Below, one piece after another: positions 60,101 to 64,000 of a stretch of DNA of 64,000 nucleotides (positions within the stretch are counted from its first letter, which is position 1; each line of letters begins with the position of its first letter). Position numbers and translations under genes: made by a program. Below the pieces are notes generated by a model, which searched no databases, had not been told where the DNA came from, and saw only the letters and a list, made by a program, of their open reading frames with translations. Source of the stretch: Amoebophrya sp. A120 (lineage: Eukaryota > Protista > Dinoflagellata). The stretch lies in the NCBI GenBank assembly GCA_905178155.1, contig CAJINV010000002.1:4465538-4529537 (forward strand), read 5' to 3'.

Positions 60101-62470
60101 AAAGGGCAGAAGGACCCGTACCACATCTACAATATTTTCACGGGCGCGTGCGAGGCAGTTAATACCGATACGGACGAGCTGGTACTACTACAGGGCTTTT
60201 GTTTACTACTTGTTTGATCATGATCTCGCATGACGGATTTATGTGCTACCGGTCTGTAGCTGACGAAACTGCATGACAAATTTTCCGTCAACATGTTGTA
60301 TCAAAACAGGTCGCCGTCTACACGAAGGGTATGATCTTCGGTTTGGAGGGCGCTATTCAGCCAGACGGACACCCAGTTAGCAAAGAAGAGGACAACGGGT
60401 ACCCATGGTCAGTAACCGCGCAGCCGCTGATCGTGCCTGGCACAGACAGGGAATCAGTCGAGTTATTCGTTCTGAAACAGGACGTGATACAGGGACTCGA
60501 TGACAACGGGAGCGTCTACTTCCACCCGCTCAAGTATTGAAATGAAGAACTATTGTGATGCAATCACTTTTGCTTTGTAGAGCGCAACATGCACGAAGAT
60601 CGATGTCGTGTCACTACAACTTTTTCGAACTACTCTCGGCCGCTGCATCAATATGCTCGCTGCACGCATTGAAGGCTTGTTGTGTTCAAACTATTATGAA
60701 AACACTATCAGGAAACTGGTCGCAACCGCGTGGATTTCCCAAAAGAGGAAACCCTATGTCGAAGAGTTGGAGAAGCGAAAACGAAAAGTCTGCGAGCATC
60801 TAAAAGCGGAAGCAACGAAGAAGAAGAAGGTGAAGCTACCAAGGAGTTACACAAAGTTCACGACGATCGAGGGTATCCAGTGCAAATTATATTTCTGGGC
60901 CTGGAAGATTGCATCTTGTGATGCTACTCTTGGATAATTCCGAGAAAAATCTGCATTGCAAGATCAGCAAGAGGGATCGAGTTTGTGCTAATGCTGAGAG
61001 GGCATTTCTGATGGTGCGGGATAGGCAACATCAGGAAGCCCTTGCAAAATCTGTGATACTAAGGCATACATCACAGACATCACGTGTCATGCAAAATGCG
61101 CATCGCAAGTTTTGAACTTTTCCAAACGCAGACATATTTGCACTTGATAGCGGGCGTGGAGATCGAATTCGAAGATGTCGAGGACAACAGGAGTAAAAAT
61201 TCGCTGATGAAATCTATGACCTGCTCAAACGTAGTTACAATCTCAAACGTTGCAATAGAGTCTGGATTTTGTCTTGCATGAAGAGCATGAGGAACGCATG
61301 TAGCTTTGCGCCTTTCGCAATACAAATTTCGCCGGATATCGATCGGGTTTTTGGTTCCGAAACTTGTCATGCGAAAACCTATGGTACGTACTACGGCAGA
61401 TCATGCACTGCCAGCATCACAGATCTCCATATTCCATTGTAACGTTTGAGATAGTAACTACACCTGAGCAAGTTATAAAATCGCTAGTGCAAGTCGGCGA
61501 TTCCGGCTCAGCCGGCGACGACTACTCACCGGCGTTGTCGGGAACGGGAGGGGGGCATTTAGCTTCGAGTGGCAGCATATGCATCACAAAAGTATCTTAC
61601 TAGTAGTGACTGCATTACAAATTTGTTCAGCACATAGAAATGCAATTTGTGATGCTGATTCGGCATAAAAAAGGACAGTTTTCATGCATGTTGACGCATT
61701 TGCAATTGGAATTACTACGGGCGCGATACTTTTGCAATGGATGCAGCAACGTCGCCGGGGGATCATCTCCGGAGGATCCCGCAAGAGACGCGGGACAGGG
61801 CGGATCCAGTTCCAGCACTACGTTCTTCGCGAACACGCAGGAAAACGCGGGGGATAGTGGCGGAACGATGTGGACAACAGCGGGGAACGAGGATCCAGCG
61901 GGCAATAGCGCTGGCCCAACGGAAGTCGTCGTGGTTGGGCAGCAGGCAGAAAACAACGCCGGGCAGAACGAAGGGGAACACGCGGCGCAGCTGGCGTCAA
62001 GTAGCGGGGAGGAGTTAGACCCAGAACCGGTGTTGCTCGGACAAGTGAACCACGGCAGAACGGACCCGGACCCGGGCGGCACATCTACTGCGGGGAATGT
62101 CGGGTCGCATGATCGCTCGAGACAAACGGTTCAGTTTGCGAGTACGGTCGAAGTGCAGCAGAACAATGGCGACTGCTATCCCACGAAAATAACAGTGTTA
62201 CAGTTAAATATTTGTTGTCAATTCAGCAACACAAATTTCTCTGCATGAGAGAGAAAACTTGCAATGCAGAAATCCTAAGGGAAAACACCCATGAAACGAA
62301 GCTCCTATGCATATCCGGCATGACAGAGCTGGTCTGTCTTGCTTGGCCTGCAACACAATGCGTAACTGTATACAATTTTTTCTTGCGATAGCTGCGGAAT
62401 GAACCCTAGTGGATCTTCATCGAGCTCGCGGGGGCCGGGGGGAAGCGGTGGGGGAGGGGCGACGGAGTAA
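45132..62470 (+). CDS. Cyclic-nucleotide-binding-domain K+ channel (KCNH/CNG-like) with two tandem 6TM-pore-CNBD repeats; 5' start unresolved (probable further exons ~43200-45100)
   Basis: Repeat 1: WIIRPKDKRKVAWD, PYRIGF, DVILNFRTGY, S4 RMLRMLRIFRLFRLGKLMR, pore YLTALYFVTKTVLAVGYGD, LPRHLRSEI, CNBD GDILCKQDDLLEDIYFIVSG. Repeat 2: WIIPPKHPYKIAWD, FRTAY, RVVRLIRLAKLLRLVK, YWSFTTMTTVGYGD, LPVHLRIEV, GDLVYSKG. 25 introners plus several GT-AG introns (a few junctions unresolved); stop TAA at 62468-62470. Confidence 0.85.
45268..45449. mobile_element. Introner family J
   Basis: DR CTACA/CAACA; removal restores PYRIGF. Confidence 0.87.
45481..45759. mobile_element. Introner family G
   Basis: Perfect 32-bp TIR TATCCTGAGTAAAAACGTACCCACACCAGAGT; DR CCGAG. 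Confidence 0.94.
46143..46381. mobile_element. Introner family F
   Basis: Family F TIR; DR TCCTC. Confidence 0.9.
46622..46769. mobile_element. Introner family A
   Basis: Family A TIR; DR GCCCC. Confidence 0.9.
47025..47195. repeat. Short tandem repeats (23-bp CACACCCCGGGCAGACTTTCGGA x3 plus degenerate 11-12-mers)
   Basis: Read directly from the sequence. Confidence 0.85.
47252..48705. repeat. ~96-bp GC-rich satellite, about 15 copies, each with hairpin CGCGGGGAC-TCG-GTCCCCGCG followed by TCATGGCCTAG
   Basis: GGGGACTC core recurs about every 91-105 bp from 47291 to 48559, with a last degenerate unit at 48676. Confidence 0.92.
49204..49516. mobile_element. Introner family D (opposite orientation to 26468)
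   Basis: Family D TIR; DR GCAAG. Confidence 0.9.
49560..49831. mobile_element. Introner family B
   Basis: Family B TIR; DR CGGCG. Confidence 0.92.
50178..50444. mobile_element. Introner family B (opposite orientation to 5207)
   Basis: Family B TIR; DR GCCGT. Confidence 0.92.
50496..50653. mobile_element. Introner family A
   Basis: Family A TIR; DR ATTTC/ACTTC. Confidence 0.9.
50700..51832. mobile_element. Introner family B carrying a nested TIR element
   Basis: DR GGGGG; family B ends. Confidence 0.85.
50849..51696. mobile_element. Nested non-autonomous TIR element with 7-bp TSD TCATGCG
   Basis: Imperfect TIRs (GAAAG.A.CCCTAA.GAA...TCCAACAAATT); TSD at 50842-50848 and 51697-51703. Confidence 0.75.
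52123..52329. mobile_element. Introner family H
   Basis: Family H-like TIR; DR CCAAT. Confidence 0.88.
52450..52755. mobile_element. Introner family D
   Basis: DR CATCT; removal restores LPRHLRSEI. Confidence 0.92.
53260..53424. mobile_element. Introner family A
   Basis: Family A TIR; DR GTCTG/GTCTC. Confidence 0.88.
54031..54197. mobile_element. Introner family J
   Basis: Degenerate family J TIR; DR AAAAT/AAAAC. Confidence 0.82.
54249..54400. mobile_element. Introner family A
   Basis: Perfect 30-bp TIR; DR GCCGG/ACCGG. Confidence 0.92.
54439..54699. mobile_element. Introner family B
   Basis: DR degenerate (GGCAA/CGCGA); frame restored. Confidence 0.82.
54824..55079. mobile_element. Introner family B
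   Basis: Right end GTA; DR ACGAC. Confidence 0.9.
55158..55440. mobile_element. Introner family G
   Basis: Family G TIR; DR GATCC/AATCC. Confidence 0.87.
55481..55691. mobile_element. Introner family J (degenerate)
   Basis: TATCCA...AATTT.CCGTACA TIR; DR AAGAT/AGGTT. Confidence 0.75.
55735..55899. mobile_element. Introner family C
   Basis: Right end ATG; DR CCAGC/CGAGC. Confidence 0.85.
57425..57533. mobile_element. Introner family I, inside the K+ selectivity-filter codons (TTMT|TVGYG)
   Basis: [30 protein letters not shown]; DR ATGAC. Confidence 0.93.
58524..59647 (+). repeat. 60-bp direct repeat (58524-58583 / 59588-59647) spanning a splice acceptor, flanking a ~1-kb insert with a foldback GAGAGGGTC/GACCCTCTC array
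   Basis: 57 of 60 bases identical; foldback arms at about 58598-58785 and 58800-58985. Confidence 0.85.
60874..61149. mobile_element. Introner family B
   Basis: Family B TIR; DR GAGGG/GCGGG. Confidence 0.87.
61215..61477. mobile_element. Introner, family F-related
   Basis: TIR TAT.AC.TGCTCA...GTAGTTAC.ATCTCAAACGTT; DR AAATC. Confidence 0.9.
61578..61743. mobile_element. Introner family A
   Basis: Right end ATG; DR CAGCA. Confidence 0.87.
62177..62390. mobile_element. Introner family H
   Basis: Family H TIR; DR ACTGC/GCTGC. Confidence 0.87.
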
Positions 62471-64000
62471 AATAAACAAGCAAACGGCACAACTACTAGA
62501 TGGAGACGAGGAGCCGGAAAAGATCTCATCGTGTAGAGATGATGGATCAAAAAAGAAAAACCCAAAAAAATCTTTTTGTAATTACCCTATACAAGAAACG
62601 TAGTCACACAACTACTACACATCAAGTCACTTTATTTATTTGATTTCGGACAACTGTTTATTGCGTATCATCAAATTATACAAATGCAAACTTGAATCAT
62701 CTTTGAGTATTACAATTTAATTTCACCAGAGCTGCAGCGGAAGTTGTTGCAAATAATGGGTGCTAGTACTACAACGCGCAAGTTGCAGTGCAGCTTGAGG
62801 TCCACTCACAAAAGAGATTCAAAATCTCAACGGAAGAACCAAGTCCGTGCTATTAAGTAACTCCTCATGTCAGATTCAAAATCTGCAGGAGCTGGTCTTT
62901 CGAACTGGCGGCCATGGTCGGTCGCGCTTGCAACTGTGTTGTGCGCCATTAGTCACCAGCAAGAAGGAGCTGAGTGGTCCATTAAGCAGGAGGAGAAATA
63001 AATGTGTATAACAGTTTTATTTTTAGTGCGCGTCGTGGCCAAGTATACTCAAACTCAATAGCTTTTACACTAGTTTTCAGCAAGAAGTTGTCTTATGTTC
63101 ATGTAGTTGATTGCATTTGCTTTTGCTCCAACAAAATCAAAAAAAGAAAGAGAAGCAACTGCAAGCCGAGCAAATGCAATTGCAAGTGGAGATGATAAAT
63201 AACATTTGCGATGCGATCTTTGTTGGTGGTGCAACAACAAATACAGACGGCATGATGTACAGAAGTTTTTTTCATTTTGCTGCTATGCTGAGGCGGTAAA
63301 GATAGCATGAAAATGATAAAGCGATCTTTTACGCAGCGGACCGAATTATTTATATCGACGCACCTACTATACCCGTTATCGTTAAGCTTAAGAAGGCAGA
63401 AGATTTCATCTCTGTTTACTTCCACGTTGAATTATTCAGCAAATTTAAGGCTCCATCCGCATCCCTACCAAATTTGTACTCTGTTGCTTCTAGGTAGTCC
63501 CCTTGTAGCAAGCAAGCTTCGCGCCCCCGCCTATGAGTATAAACCAGAAATAATCCACCACTCTGACTAGATTCTTGGATGCTCAGGGCAATCAGTCAAT
63601 TGTGTCCATCAAAAAGGTAAGAAGACTCGAACTCATTTGCCGCATATAGATCCATATATTATGACTCGCAAGAAAAAGAATTATACGTCACAAACTTATT
63701 GTGCCGCCGTGCTGCTGGTCTTCATGCTCTTCAATGTCTGCTGAGAAAATCCTTGACAGAAGCACTGGACTCAGCACAAAGAAAGGAGGACTATAGACAA
63801 AGTCAGCACAAAAATGTCACACTTTAGAAGTTCTAATCAAAAGCATTTACATCTAGTAGGGCTACTTTAATTATTCACTTCGACGCTTAAGAACGTGCAG
63901 AAGATGCACTGCTATAGTTTGAGGATTACACATCAATCGCAGATTTTTCGCATTGAGAGAACATGTAACACCTATCCTTCATTCAGCCGAAATGGCAGCA

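Noticed and set aside
4901-62390. Recurrent short ORF peptides (QKYRTR, CKSIVLV, FQTQTF, MSGSG, KFVM)
   Set aside because: Translations of introner TIRs and the shared motif, not a protein family or transposase.

Overview
Eukaryotic protist genomic DNA. The architecture strongly suggests the parasitic dinoflagellate Amoebophrya (Syndiniales); this is inferred from architecture, not from a search. At least six protein genes lie head-to-tail on the + strand: a ~2250-aa hypothetical protein, a small ARM-like protein, a ~2100-aa ankyrin/Met-Lys-rich/EF-hand protein, a His-rich ZnT/CDF zinc transporter, an LRAT/NC-domain protein, and a two-repeat cyclic-nucleotide-binding K+ channel. I mapped 69 short (about 110-325 bp when empty) inverted-repeat elements (introners) in about 11 TIR families, nearly all inside these coding exons. 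Almost all read 5'-TAT...ATA-3' and sit between 5-bp direct repeats (DRs), some imperfect. Removing element plus one DR restores the reading frame in all six gene models. The families share an internal motif TTTGT(C/A/G)ATGC and occur in both orientations. The most novel signal is a second tier of mobile DNA inside the introners. Two related Helitron-like elements (no TSD, 3' hairpin + CTTG, internal hairpin-CTAG satellites) sit at the same position, A^TTT(G/A)TCATGC, in two different introner families. A third, TIR-type element with a 7-bp TSD hit the same motif. No transposase gene is visible in the window. Gene models were spliced by hand and have no transcript support here.
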